A DNA stretch of 64,000 nt from Epiperipatus broadwayi. Its lineage: Eukaryota; Animalia; Onychophora. Below the pieces are notes generated by a model that saw only the letters and a program-made list of their open reading frames with translations, had not been told where the DNA came from and ran no database searches. Below, piece by piece: positions 11,226 to 25,209 of the stretch (its first letter is position 1; the number at the start of each line of letters is the position of its first letter). The position numbers were made by a program, and so were the translations under genes. The stretch is taken from assembly GCA_028023455.1 (NCBI GenBank), contig JAQFVV010000006.1, forward strand, positions 6,138,001-6,202,000, read 5' to 3'.

Positions 11226-14200
11226 CAAAGGTAACTGAAATTTTATAATAAAAAATTGTTTATTTATTTTTAAGTATTATCAAATTATTGTCCTTCAAAT
11301 TATATCCATCCATCTGATGCAATGTATTACTGTAAACATGTTTTAATTCTTTAAAATAGTCTAACAATGCTTTGCAAAGTGATGCCTTTTAATGTCTGCG
11401 ACATTTTTTGCCCCGCCATTTCTACATTTCTAAAAAAAAAAAATTGTGATTTTTTTTTATTCGATGATTAAAAAAAAAGTCACACAAAGTGAGATCGAGC
11501 AAGTATGGTTGATAGATAAATGAGATTATGCTGTATTTAATTAAAAAGCATTTTACACTCAAGGCATTGAGAGGTGACACTTTATTGAGATGAGTTGCAC
11601 TCTTTTCTTAAAAGCCACAAAACAGAATGTTTACATTTTACCACATCATGTAAATGTTTCAGAACTTACAGGTAAAATACCTGACAGTTACGAACTAAAT
11701 TTGAAAGAAAAATGCCATTTGTCATTTAAAAAAATGGAATTTTACTTGCCATGCTTTTTATAAATGTGGTGAATGTAACATTTCAATTAAATCGCTCACT
11801 CTCACCTTGCTTGTAATCTGTTTCAAGTGCCATTGTGCAAACAGAATTTCACATTGTTCAAACTTTTCAGTCATTATAAAACTCGGCAAATGTGCTATGT
11901 GGAATACCCTTCCCAAGGGTTCCTGCAAGAAGTGTAACAGCAGAAGCATATACTACAACAGGCATGCAAATCAGAGAACAATTCTGGCTATTTTTGGATC
12001 GCATCTCATAATAAAACATACTCGTATATATTGTAAGGAACCAATTTCTATGTAATGTTGAATCCTTTCTCTATAATTGATTTAATTTAATGGTTTTGCT
12101 CGTAAAATGATAGGCAAAAAGTTGGGGTTTCTTTTTTCAATCCAGTTTTTATAGTTCTATAAATGTGCGATTACTTTGATGACCAAAATTACTTGCGGGT
12201 GTTGGTTATTGAGGAACAATTTAACACTCCATTTGAATTGCTAAGCAATTTCATAATTCAAGTAACTGGATTGGATTGTCTATAATACCACAGTAATAAA
12301 TTTTATTTTATATTCTCATATATACTGTGAGCCATTAACCTTCGTGTAAAATTAGAATCTGTCTCCTTTCACCAGAATTGGTTTGTTTTAATGGCTTTGT
12401 TTCTAAACTGACGGTCACAATGAAAAGTTGGTCTCTTTAATCCAGATTTTATATTGTTGTAAATAAATGGAGACTAGTTTGATGGATAAATATACTTTTA
12501 AGTGTTGGTTATAGGAGTGTAACCTAATGTTCCATTTCTACTGTTATGCCGTTTCATAGTATACTGCAGTAGTGAATGTTATAGAATGTATCCACCTATA
12601 TTGACATCCACAGATCTCTACATCAAATTGGATGCTGTGTCCTTTCATTAAAACTGGACTAGTTATTTTAATAGCTGTATTGTTTTCAAACTTATAGTCA
12701 TGTTAAAGAATTGATTTTTATTCAATTCAATCTTTTTAGTTCTACAAATGGGTGATTATTTTAATGGGCCCAATCATTATAAAAGGATCCACTATTACAC
12801 TTCATCATCATTAGATGGTTTTCCAAAAAGCGTCTCATATATTACCCAAATCATTTTAAATAAGATATTCAAGCTAAGTAGATAAATAGGCAACATCATT
12901 CATACATTCACAGAAGTCTCATCCAACAGTCAGTCACAAGAGATGTGAAGAAGAAGCAGTATTTGCCAAAATTGTCAGTTGTTAGATGGTGAAAGGTTGA
13001 ATAGTTTTCTATCCTTTTTGTATTCTCTTACTAAATTTTTCTTGGGAATTTCAAATGATACATACATGCAGACTAGGATTCACTTAATGAAAAGCCAGGT
13101 TAGAAATTTATTGTGGAATCCCTCAAAAGTCACCATACATATTTACATAAAATAAATAACATTCATAAACTATAATTTTCTTTATTATTTCACACAATAT
13201 TTATATATTCCACAAACATTGAAAAAGTGAAATAAATATATTTTAAATAGTTTTTTTAATACAACTTTTAATTACATAAACTTTGACAACTATGGGGTCT
13301 ACTTAAGGACAGGCACCGATTGGGGCATGTCTGACCCTGTATGTATATTCGTCTTTACTCAAAAGCCATTGTGCCTAATGCGATTTAGTGCAATGATAAA
13401 GTGAAAGAGTTCAAACAATGATTTCTGGATCAAAGTTCGAACTACTATTTCTGATTGTTTGCATGCATATGACATCCCAAGTAACTAATCAATTATTTCA
13501 TACCCCTCTTTTATCTAAAAAATATAGATTGCATATATATTCATTTATCTTTGAATCACTAAGTTACTTTTTCAAGCAAGGCAAACAAGTACATATCAGG
13601 TGACCAAAATGGTCGAGTTTGAATACAGTAGAAGTAGCAATGGGAAATTCGTGGACTATAAAAATTTGTAACTGATTCGTTCTTACAAATCAAATGGACG
13701 AAAGAATCTCATTATTTTAAATGGGTCACAATTAATATTATACTCTGTTTGATTTAGAGCAGCGCTAAAGAAATGAATTCAAAAATTGAAGGACGCGTTG
13801 AACTCTCAACAACTGGGTACAAAAATGTTCGCTCGATTTATTGATTAATTAATCATACAATAATATTAACGATAATGTTTTATTATCTTTTTTTTGCCTT
13901 TTGTAAAACACAAAAGTATATATTTATCTTTATTTTATACTCGTTATTTTATTTAGAATTTAAAATTGAATATAAATTCAAGATTTTTACACTCCATTTA
14001 AACTTGATTTAAAATAGTTTTGATTTCAGGATGTTTTGAATAATATCTTGTCAAAATACATTTTCATCGTATGTTTTTCAAAAATGATGCGGGGTGAGGT
14101 GGGGTGTACATTCTATCAATATCTAAAGATATATACTTTAAAGATGTGGGTCAATCATTGAATAATATATAAATAACAAATATATGATTGAAAATTGTAA

Positions 14201-14822
14201 CTCAGTCTTCAAATAGCATATTTAAATAAATAACAGATATGTTTTAAAATTGTAGGTCAATCACTGAATAATATATATATATTGTTAAAAGAAGGTTGCC
14301 TTGACAACAGTTTGAAAATGTTGATTGTTAGTGATATTGGGATTGTCTAAGTGTTGACTGGTTTTTAATGATATATATATATAAGTAAATAATAATATAT
14401 ATATATTTCAAAATCAAAATATATTATTCTTCAAAAAACAAATTAAATATTCATGCTCACGAAAAAAATAAAATAATTAAATAGCTAGTCAAGAAATGTT
14501 TAAAAACCGGAAATAAGAGGGTATATTTCAATACAGGAACCTTCCTTTCTACAGGTACGATCCACTACTAATCTAATGAGGGCTTCATGCCGCTCCCAAT
14601 TGAAATTAACTAATCTTTTTAAAATAAATATTTTATTCTAATAATGTTACAAACATAAAGAAACAAAGACTTACGTATAGTTATAATTTATTGAAATACT
14701 GCAAACTATTGTATATGGCAACTTATATAGAGGAATAAACATGGTTTCACCTACCCCCTACCCCCCGCCATACATACTTCGTACATCAGCTACAAATTTC
14801 ACAATATATATTAAATAGCAAT

Positions 14823-15068
14823 ACGATTAAGTCAAATATTTTTTTACTTTTGGGAAATATATATAATCTAGCACGTGTGCGTGTGCGACGCAACTGTTCC
14901 CAAGAAATGGAATTAGCATATTTGCATATCATTAAGCGTAGTAGCAAGCTACGATATGAAGGCAAGATCCTTTGAAAGCGCTCAGCACGTTTGTTTTTAG
15001 TTATCTATTTTATATTAACACTTTATAGCTTTTGGGAACAGTTGCGCCACACGTGCCCACGTGCTAGA
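14823..15068. mobile_element. 246-bp insertion with 36-bp internal inverted repeats, flanked by 13-bp direct repeats
   Basis: attaaatagcaat at 14810-14822 and 15069-15081; IRs at 14868-14903 and 15032-15067 (ctagcacgtg...gcaactgttcccaa); interrupts a repeat also seen uninterrupted at about 16185-16320. Confidence 0.65.
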
Positions 15069-15224
15069 ATTAAATAGCAATGCATCATATATGTTTATTT
15101 ACATAACATCTTAATGCAAGGATTATTTTAAATATTTATAAGATATACAATCGATTCTTGAACCATATGGGATATTTTGCTCATTGTACAAGCATGATTT
15201 TTTTAATAAAATATTATTCATTCA

Positions 15225-15880
15225 ATAATTTTTATTAGTCATTCATTAGATGAGGTGGTAGTCGTTTAAAAATAATATTTCAGTAGTGTAATTCTCACAC
15301 AAGGTAAGGAGGACTGGTTTCTATCAGCTTTAAACATATGATTAAAGATGTGAAAAATATGTATGAGCGCCAAGATGCACATTTTGTGCTGAATCAGCAC
15401 CTATCAACTGGCCTAGATCACAATCTCTGACACATATGTTTATCATTGTTCAATATATATATATGTGTGTGTGTATAGATAGGGCATTACTACTGTTCAA
15501 TTGATTAAATGTCAAACTTACTACCACACAACTTTGACACAAACCACTTGATAGTAGTATATTAATATTTTTTTTTAGTCACTCATTAGACTGGAGATTA
15601 TCCATTTAATGAATAATATTTTTATAATGTAATTTTCACTACAACAACCTTGCACAGAGAGATGTGTGTAAGAGAACATGATCTGGATCAACTAATGAGT
15701 GCTTGTTCAGCACAAAATGTGCATCTTGAGAGTCATACATATCTTTTACAGGTCTTTGGTCATACTTTTATGATTACACCCCTCCAGAAGATATAAAAAG
15801 TGAATAGAAACCAGTCCTTATCTTGTGTGAGGGTGACATAGTGAAAATTATACTACAGAGATATTATTTATTATTTGTTC
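15225..15880. mobile_element. Family E hammerhead repeat: 340-bp unit plus overlap, then an inverted arm
   Basis: ttagtca(t/c)tcattaga at 15235 and 15575; decayed hammerheads at about 15369-15410 (-) and 15688-15730 (+). Confidence 0.75.
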
Positions 15881-18409
15881 AATTATCTACAAAAACATTA
15901 AATATGTGACTTTCAATTGGTTCTAGCCATAAAATAACCTTATATCCAAGTATATGATGGTGCTATTGTATCAATTAGTTGGTAGATCCCTGCTTTTTGA
16001 TTATTAAAAAAATAAGAAATACACATGTATTTATCATCCAATATCTTATGCTTAGAATATTTTAATGAAATAGGAATTAGTATAAAAATCAAAATATGCT
16101 ATATACCTAATATATATTTTCATTTTGATTTTGACATGCTTCAGAACCAGCAGCCACTGCTAGGAAATGCTTGTCTTGATATGAGCTACAAATTTCACAA
16201 CATATTTTAAATGGCCATGAATCATCCATATTTACATATATAACATTTTGGGGTCTGAAAGATCATCGTAAGTATTTATAAGATATCCAATAGATTCATG
16301 AAACATGTGGATTATATTGATTATGGCTCATATATATATATTAACAGAACATTATTCATTAAATTGTACACAAAACAGTAAGAATTTGACTGGTTCTGAC
16401 AATAAAATACCCTTCTATTGAAGTATATAAATGGAAAGTCATCATATCAACTAGACAGCAAAGCTCTGCTTTTTCATTGTTTAAAAAAAAACATAAATAA
16501 GCACATATTTATTCATTCTTCCATAGCGTAAGCTTGTGGTAAACACCTGTAGAGGTCCCTACTATCACATTTTACATGCATATTCTTGAGGTTACAGCCT
16601 TGGTAAATATTACTTATCTAATGTCTTGTACATGGAATATTTCTATAAAATTGATGATAGTATTAAAAATGCTATATATGTAGTACACATTTTGATACCC
16701 TTCGGAACCTGCAAACCCTAGGCAATGGCCTCGAGTCTAAACAATACACACTTAAAAATAACTGAAAAGTTAGTAGCTCAATTCATGTGGCATTCAAGCA
16801 CTTGAAGAGATAGTTAATCTTTGAATGAAAAATCATTAACTTATAGATTTAGTACTTTGTTGCAGCCTAAATCACGTGGTCATTAAACTTCATTGAATTA
16901 CAAAACATTTTATCATATATGTGTGTTTAAATTTAAAATATCAACAGCAAAAGAGACTATAGTAAAAAAAACATTAGATATAATAATTTCAGTTGTTTAA
17001 ACCTAGAAAAATAGTCATGGGATTGAAAGTTTTTTTATATACGTATGACCAAATCGGTTGCTATCATTTAATTACAAAAAATGGTGGACTCAAAAGCTGT
17101 AAATGAATAAATCAATTCTCAAATGAACAAATACAAAATAACTCAGTTTAGTCAGGTTACTGAAACTGTTTGGTTCAACTCATTATTTTGGCACTTTAAT
17201 GCAGCATGACACACGAACAATGGCTACGTGATTATCATTATTAACATTCACTGCACATGCAATTAAAGGGTGGAGTATGGTTGCAACAATAAAGTTCCAT
17301 TGTCATGGTTAATGCAGAAAGATAATTGGTGTCATGACAACTTTATGATGATAATAACTTAAGTGAATGAAAACAAAAATGTAAAAGTAAAGAAGGAAGT
17401 GGAGAAAAAGATCATGAAAGAGAAAGAAGAATCAGTTGCATAATCTGATATTCTATTCATATAAGACAGTAAGATATATCCTGGGTCAGTTTCTGTTTAT
17501 TGATTACTTACAAATAAACCTTACATTTGAAGGTCTTCTAATACTTACAAATACTGAAGATCATTTATAATCTAAATTATATAAATTCTCCAGCTGAAGC
17601 CAAGTTGTTGTGTAACTCAACAATACACTATTAATAATCCAATAGTCAAATATTAAGGTGAAACAGTCATATTTAATCATCTATGATAGTTGGCCAACGT
17701 AGGGTGCCGACACTCCTTAATACTGGAAGCATGGACTGTAAAAACTATGATCAGTGATAGCCAGATGTAAGTATTAAAAAAAAGGTAAATTATACATTAA
17801 ATATGATGAGTAAAACCACTTTTCTGTTAGGGACATATTCCATTACAGTCATATTTTGCTTTACTATAAGTGCATCTTCACTTGTCCAAATGCCCAAGAT
17901 TAATTGAACTTTCTTTTATGTTCCTAATCAGAATAAAGAAATATCCATCTAATGACCAATATTGAAAAATGGCCACATTAAGTTTAAAAAAAACATCGAT
18001 AAATCTTAAAATCACCTGAAAAAATAGCCAATTATTAGAAAAATATCATGTTATGCTTGAATTTGAATCCCAAATTGTAAAAATAGTGGAGAAATGCACT
18101 AATTTTTATATTCTGATTTTATTTAGGTCTTATTGTTTACCTGTATAATAATATTTTTACATCCACCTTTAAATAAATAGATAAAATTAAACATACACAC
18201 ATAACTCTACTAAAATAAATAATTGAACAGATTATTGCTTGGTAGTTCAAATAAATATTTGAGTACCAAAAGTGATAAAGTTGTGGGTGTGATCTGAGGA
18301 ATTTGAACTCCAGGACCCACCATTCTTTCACTTACTAGATCAGCATCCTAAATATATCTGCTAATATGATTGCTACAAATAAAACTTTGAAGTCCATTAT
18401 TATGAAAGA

Positions 18410-18558
18410 TATTAAAACAGACAAAACTCTCCATACAGTAATGCCACTCAGGGCAAGCCAGAGTAATCAATGGATACCAGAAGGCTTGTGCATAAAATCC
18501 CTATCTAGTGCCTATTCATCCAATATCCCCAGACTAGTTTCTAGCTTGTGGCTTTCAT
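18410..18558 (-). mobile_element. Family A partial copy, truncated inside the hammerhead core
   Basis: ttaaaacagacaaaactctccatacagtaatgccactc...cagactagtttctagcttgtggctttcat. Confidence 0.85.
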
Positions 18559-19041
18559 AATTTTTAGTGGTTATTATGAAAGATACATAACAAATAGAAA
18601 TGCTAACATAATATCTGAAATGCTAATCAATGATATACTTCCAATACATCTATTCAATGTTTACATATAAGTAATTTGTGAATATGTAACTCATCATTGC
18701 TCATATGCTGCAAACTTAATTAGCAGGTTACATAATATATATTTACAAAATATAATTTAATTTTCTCTGCTTATATTCAAGATACACTTTTATGAGGTAT
18801 AGTTCACTCTATTTATGCTACTCTTGAATTATCCATTGCAAGCTTGAGTAATCACTAGTCATTAGATGATTAGCTGTATCAACATGTCCATAATTTTTTC
18901 TGAATAATATTAGTTTTTATTAGAGAGGAGCTTTGGATCTATACTCATAAATATTGCAGACCCTTATAACTTTTTTATATTGTCAAGTTAATAACCTGAA
19001 AATAAATACATCCTAAACTTTTGAACCCAAGCCAATTTACT

Positions 19042-19043
<2 letters not shown>

Positions 19044-19078
<35 letters not shown>
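19044..19078. repeat. (TA)n microsatellite
   Basis: Uninterrupted TA run. Confidence 0.95.
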
Positions 19079-19080
<2 letters not shown>

Positions 19081-20468
19081 GACCTTAGGCCAGTAGTTAT
19101 ACATTTTAACGATCTCAGTTTTATATTAATCACTGGATAAAATGGTATACCAACAAAATAGTGCATGACTTTCTCTGTTTAAATTCAAAATAGGCTGTTG
19201 ATTATTGTTTTTGCTCACTTTCAGCATCAACTGAATTAGGAGTAGTAATTCACTCTATTTATTCTACTGCAGAGTCACCTATTGTAAGTCATCATATGAA
19301 GTCTCTGCTTATTTTTATATCAGTTCCATTTATTCTATTTAGAGCCATCTAATTTAAGTATCATAAAGTTTGGTCAGCTTACTTTCACAAATCTGCATTT
19401 GAAGTAATTCAGTCTATTCTACTTCAGAGCCATCTGGTGTAAACATTACACAACTTCTCTGATTACTTTTACTATTTGCATTAAACTGAAATGTACTTTA
19501 TTCATTGATAAGCTTGAATTATCAGAAACTATTGATAGTTTACTCAACATCACACCTATATAACTAATTTCAAACAATAGAATTTCATATTATTGGCTTG
19601 ATAGTATAAAACCAGAAGGTGGCAGCTAAATTATAAGGGTAAACCAGATCTTCACCGAAGATGGACAATAACCAGAAACTAATCTAACAATGTGGCTACA
19701 GCATCATTATTTCATATTTAGTGACAACTCAAACTTACAATAGATGTTTTTGTAATAAAGTGAATAGAGTGAATTATTGACCCTCACATCAATGTTGAAA
19801 AAAAGCAGAGAAAATCATGTGACAAGATGGCAGTTAAATTATAAAGGCAATTCAGATCTTTACCAAAGATGGTCAAAATCCAGAAACTAATCTTGAGATA
19901 TGCATATAGCACTATTACCATGTTTCTCCGAAAATAAGATCTAACTAAAAAATAATCCCTACTATGATTTTTAGGATGTTTGTAATATAAGCCCTATTCC
20001 AAAAGTAAGCCGTAGTTAGAAAGAGAAAAAAATACTGTACATATGTTATTTCTTTGTCTTGCAATTGCATTTTGGTAAAACCACAGCAGTACCACTTTGG
20101 CAATGTAAAAAAACTCTAAGATCATTTAACTGTAAGCCTGCCAAATAACGAATCAGAATGCAGCCACAACACATGTGTGAACCTCTGGTGATGGGATATT
20201 ATGTAATACATTGTGAAATGCATTATATTTTTTCTTTTTAAACAAAAGTTAATCAGAAGGGCTTATGTTTTGGAATTATTAACTTTATTATTATAACAGA
20301 CATGCATGTGAAATAAACGATTTTAGAATTTTATTTCACACAATTTTTGCTGTGTATCTCATAATTATTCAATTACTGTTTTGAATAAATTTAGAATTTT
20401 GTACATAAGTAAATATAAATTTGTGCATGAAAAAAATAAGACAATCCTGAAAGTAAGCCTTAGGGGCC

Positions 20469-20776
20469 CAGTGGTCCCCAACCTTTTTGCACTTAAGAGC
20501 ACATTCTATAATACCGGTCAGATGTCGGGCACCATTTATTTTTTTAATGTAAATTTATAGTTGGGTATTGTTAATGATAGACTCTTTTACGCTATAAAAG
20601 TATAGTATGACCTACAATTTGATTACAATATAATATAATAATTTATAAGAAATCTTAAAAATTAAATTTATTTGTATCAGATAAATAATTTTTTATAGTG
20701 TTCGGATAGTGGCGGGCACACGTAAAATGGTCTGCGGGCACCATGGCGCCCATGGGGATAGAGTTGGGGACCCCTA
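20469..20776. mobile_element. hAT (Charlie-like) MITE
   Basis: Ends CAGTGGTCCCCAACC and reverse TAGGGGTCCCCAACT; CCTTAGGG occurs on both sides (20458-20465, offset 3 nt from the left TIR, and 20777-20784). Confidence 0.65.
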
Positions 20777-21719
20777 CCTTAGGGTATATTTTGGAGTGAA
20801 AATTAATATTTCTTAGTGTCTTATTTTGGGGAAATGTGGTACCTAGAGATCCCTGATTACTCAAGCTTTGCCATAAATAGCTACAGAGTGAATTATTGTT
20901 CTTAATGTAAATACTGAAAGGAAACTGAAAGTCACATGATACTTCTATTTGAAACTTTAAAATATGATCCAGCTAATAACACAGTGTTACATATATACGT
21001 TATCAAATGACAAATCTTTTCCATAATCGTTATATAGTATTATTTGATATTTTTTACACTTTTTCTTATTTATATAAACGATACTTTACTGCATATACTG
21101 AATCACATGGTTATTTAAAGTAAGATTGCTAAGGAAAAATATTTATTGCCTATTCATTTAGTTAGTGTTATCAGATTAGTTAGAACAAAACTCAAAACAA
21201 TTTAATTACAAAGTTAAATGACTGAAGTTTCGACATATCCAATAAAACAAGTTAGTGATAACCTTTTCTTTATTTTAATATAAAAAAATCCATTATTACT
21301 TTTTATTACTAAACTAACAGCATTACTTATCTATGAGTCTAAAATATTATTCAATATAGATTTGTTATCTAAAAAATCATTCTGAAAATAATGTATTTAG
21401 TTAAAATATTTTATACTATAAAGAGTTTTTATTAAATAAAAAAATATGTATTTACTTAAAAGTATTCGTAGCAGCGCCCCCTTGCGAACGAATATAGTCA
21501 TTCCAACTTCAAGAGAAAAAAATGGAAAGATGAAAAAATACAAGAGATAAATTTTGCAATGGCAATACAGACCGGTTCATAAACTACAATGTATCTACAT
21601 GTAGAACATCGACATTCATTTTTCATTAATCTGAGAATTTAAACATAACCTTTTACTAGCGTGATTGTAGATGATGATGTGGAAGCGTTGACCCCCTAGC
21701 GAATTATATTTAAACTAAT

Positions 21720-22480
21720 TGTCAGTAAACATATAACTGTCAGTAAGCATAAAATGTAGAATGAACTCACCTGCACTTTAACATTGATTGTGTATAAGCA
21801 CACCGTTTACTGACATACTTAAACATGGAAAGTGATTTATATATACATTATATTGTAAAATCACTTAATATTAAATTAATCTTCAGTTAATAGATGTAAA
21901 TATAATCTTTTACTAACTTGAATATAGCTGAAATAATGCAGAAATACTGAAAAACCAGTGAGCTATATGTAAACTAACTTTCAGTGAATATTAACTTTGA
22001 TTAGTAGTAATTAATTTATTGAGCACACAGAAAATATATGTAAATACTGTAAATAGGCTTTAATCTGTGTTCAATGTGCTTTACAATTCCTTATAATCAA
22101 GCATATTTTGTCTATATAAGTGAACATTTAGGTTAAAGATAAGACGGCCACTCTTATCTTTATAAAAGTTGCTATCTTGGGTCATGGTTTGGAAGGTCCC
22201 TCCATTGGCAAAATATGCTTGATTATTATGAATTTTAAAGTGCCTTGAACACAGATTAAAGCCTGTTTAAAGTATTTAACTTTGATTGTAAATGCATTTA
22301 ATGTCCGTTCAAAGCTAAAGAATATATGGATTTGTTCTACATTTTATGTTTACTGACAGTTACTTTACATAAAACTCATGAGGGTTTTCAGTACTTTCAC
22401 ATTATTTCAATTATATTTCAACTCATGAAAGGTTATATTTATATCTATTAACCCAAGATTAATTTAATATTAAAATATTA
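21720..22480. repeat. Large imperfect fold-back
   Basis: aggctttaatctgtgttcaa...aatcaagcatattttg (22040-22110) is inverted at 22210-22275; weaker symmetry extends outward. Confidence 0.65.
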
Positions 22481-22489
22481 TTAAATATA

Positions 22490-22868
22490 AGAAGTCTGCA
22501 AGTTATGTAAGGAAGGCATGGAGAATATTAGGCATCTGCTAACCGAATGTAAATGCTTACAAGCAGAAAGGGTACAAATAATGAAGTTGTGGTAGAATAA
22601 ATATAAACAAAGTGATTATACAGAAAGAGGATTCTTGATTTTTATGCTGGGTTTGGAAAAAGATAAGGGGTGTTTAGATATAAAGACCATAGAGTGGATG
22701 AAGATAATGTTGTGGAAATGGAATGGAACAGGATAGAGAAGAATATGGGACAAATTTCAATTGGGGAATGGAAAGACAAGGTAAAGTGGGTAACAGGTTT
22801 CTCCAGACATAGTGGCAGAGGGGTTCCTGACTGCGAGAAAGGAGAAGCCATAATGCATCACATATTAA
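22490..22868 (+). mobile_element. 5'-truncated 3' fragment of the same LINE family
   Basis: gtctgcaagttatgtaaggaaggcatggagaatattaggcatctgctaaccgaatgt...gtgggtaacaggtttctcc...ggagaagcc...gcatcac aligns to the LINE 3' end. Confidence 0.85.
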
Positions 22869-24157
22869 AGTTTGAAGATTGTGTCTCTTACTATATTTCA
22901 TATTATTTGATGCTTCTAATTTAGAAGGACACACTTGTATGTGAGTGTATTCAATTTTTAAATTACTTATCAAGAGCATTATAGTGTTTTATAAGATTAA
23001 TAAAATTTTCAAGAAAAGAAATATTTTCAATTAATAGATAATAAACAGTAACAAACTATAGTAATATGGCACCTCACCCATCAATTGTTTATAAATTGGC
23101 CTCTTAAGTTACTTTTTTGACTTTAAAACCGGGTGTCTAAACTAATGCTTATCTTACCTATGCTTAAGCAAATTACAGTGGGAAAGATCAAGATGGTAAA
23201 AAATACACCTCCTGATGAGAATTTTCCTCTATTTCCCCAATAATAAAAGAATAATTGAATGGTCTATTATTCAGCAGTTAAAAAAAAATTTGATCATCGG
23301 AGTTGACTGAGCTAGGGTATGATACAGAAATCCTGGACTTCAGAATCAGTCACTTTGCCAATGCATTAAACTATACAGGGCATAGTATAGAATTAGCTCT
23401 ACAAATTTGGACAATCTCATAAACTGTGAAGACCATAGTCCACTACTCCATCACTACAAATCACACAGGAAGTGATGCAACGTTTGTTCTGTGAATTTGA
23501 CTCATATGATGCACCTTAATGTCCAAGTTCTAAATCTCCACCACCAAACCAAGCCATGGATGTGCTGATATAAAATTAGCCCTGTGAGCTTGAAACATAT
23601 GATCAATCTTGATACCCATAATCTCCCACTCCATCACTGTACCATACTATATAGGGCTGCATAGAAAAGGCAAGTTAAGAAACAAGTGTTGGGTGATAGT
23701 TTGATATAAGCTGGTTACATATCTGTGACCAATGCTTGAACATAGCAGTTAATAGTATATAAATATATTTATTTAACTTGAGGTGTAAAGGGTAACATTT
23801 TTTAACTTCGAGACATTACACATGCAAACACATGAAAGATATAAGCTCCAATCACAGTCTGTAAAATATTTGATATTTGGTACAATCATTGTATAATATG
23901 TAAGGATTTCAAAAACAACATCTTTTATCAGCTGTCTATAGGATCATCAACTGTCTATACAAATATAGCAATTTTCTTATGTTATCAAACTGATGCGCAG
24001 CTGCATGATATTTCTACATCTTGTTCCAAACCTTCTCATATACAAATATGTATAGCTCATATTTTGTTGACAAACTTTGATTATAAGGCAATAAGTACTG
24101 TTTTTTGTGCTATAAGGGTTCAGTACTTTTCAACATGATTTTATATGTGTGTGTGTG

Positions 24158-24645
24158 TGTGTTGAATTAAATATTTTCATTGATTGTTATTATAATATGG
24201 AATAGAAATAATGAGATTATATCCATGTAAACCGAGATAACTTTTGCCTTTTGATGTTACCAGAAAACAAACAATTAATACTTACTGACAGCTCACTGAG
24301 GCTCAACATGTTTTCATCATTAATCTATAATAGCTCTTTTGTTAAGATTTGTTGAAAAAAAAGAGTTCTCTTTTACTTTAAACCCAAGTTGTTAAATAAA
24401 TTTAAACTCAAAAAGTTATAGGTGTGAGATGGTGAAAGAATAACAACTTTCTTGGCATTGTGAAAATAATATTTTAAACTTCTCAAAAGAATTGTATGTG
24501 TTGAATTAAATATTTTCATGGGTTGTTATTACAATAAAGAATAAAAATAAGATTGTATCCCTGTAAAGAGAGATAACTTTTGCCCTTTGATGTTACCAGA
24601 AATTTATCAATTACTACTAAATGACAATCATTCTGAGGCTAAACA
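24158..24645. repeat. Direct repeat, period 339 bp (about 150 bp repeated)
   Basis: tgtgttgaattaaatattttcat...gagataacttttgcc..tttgatgttaccaga at 24158 and 24497. Confidence 0.78.
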
Positions 24646-25209
24646 AAAAAATATCTTTATGTGTATAATATGTATATACAAATGCAGATTATAATAATAA
24701 CAAAATTTAAAATAATATTATTAACTATTTTGTAGTACACAATTCTTATTGGCAGATTCAATTAAAGTTCCAAACTTTTTTAATTGGTCAATTACAGAAT
24801 CAGTCGTAAAAATATTTCTTTCTTTTAATATCATATTTGTTTTAGTTTAGTTTCTAAAATGGAAATTAATAATTTATTAGATTATTAAAGTAAATAAAAG
24901 TTTTTTTAAAAAATAAATTTCTATTTATAATTGATGAAAATAATCTATAGCAGTAAACATAAAATGTATGTTTGTTGTCCAATTATCAATTGAAGCTGTA
25001 TATTGTTGACCTTTCTTTGTCAATTTGCATTCATGTAAAAGTAAATATTTACTATTAAAATCTGAATTCTTCTTCTAAAATAATTTACATTTACACATAT
25101 TTTATGAAAAAAATCTTAAGTGTATATAAATGTGGTTTTAATTTCTCCTTATTTGTAATAATAAAAATACTTAATTGTAAATATTAGAGAAAAAAGAATA
25201 TAGTTAATA

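Noticed and set aside
11807-12005. Possible MMP first exon: hydrophobic minus-strand peptide (MRSK...VVVYASAVTLLAGTLG) and a strong AAG/GTGAG donor at about 11806
   Set aside because: The hydrophobic frame stops before the donor, the phase does not join the 9478 exon, and no prodomain exon lies between. It could still be a non-coding exon but is unsupported.
21766-21830. Perfect CAG/GTGAGT donor in phase 2 on the minus strand
   Set aside because: The upstream peptide has no MMP similarity and the site lies within a fold-back repeat.
22670-22924. ORF containing GRGVPDC, superficially like the MMP cysteine switch
   Set aside because: Wrong strand for the MMP, lacks PRCG, and is part of a LINE 3' fragment repeated four times.
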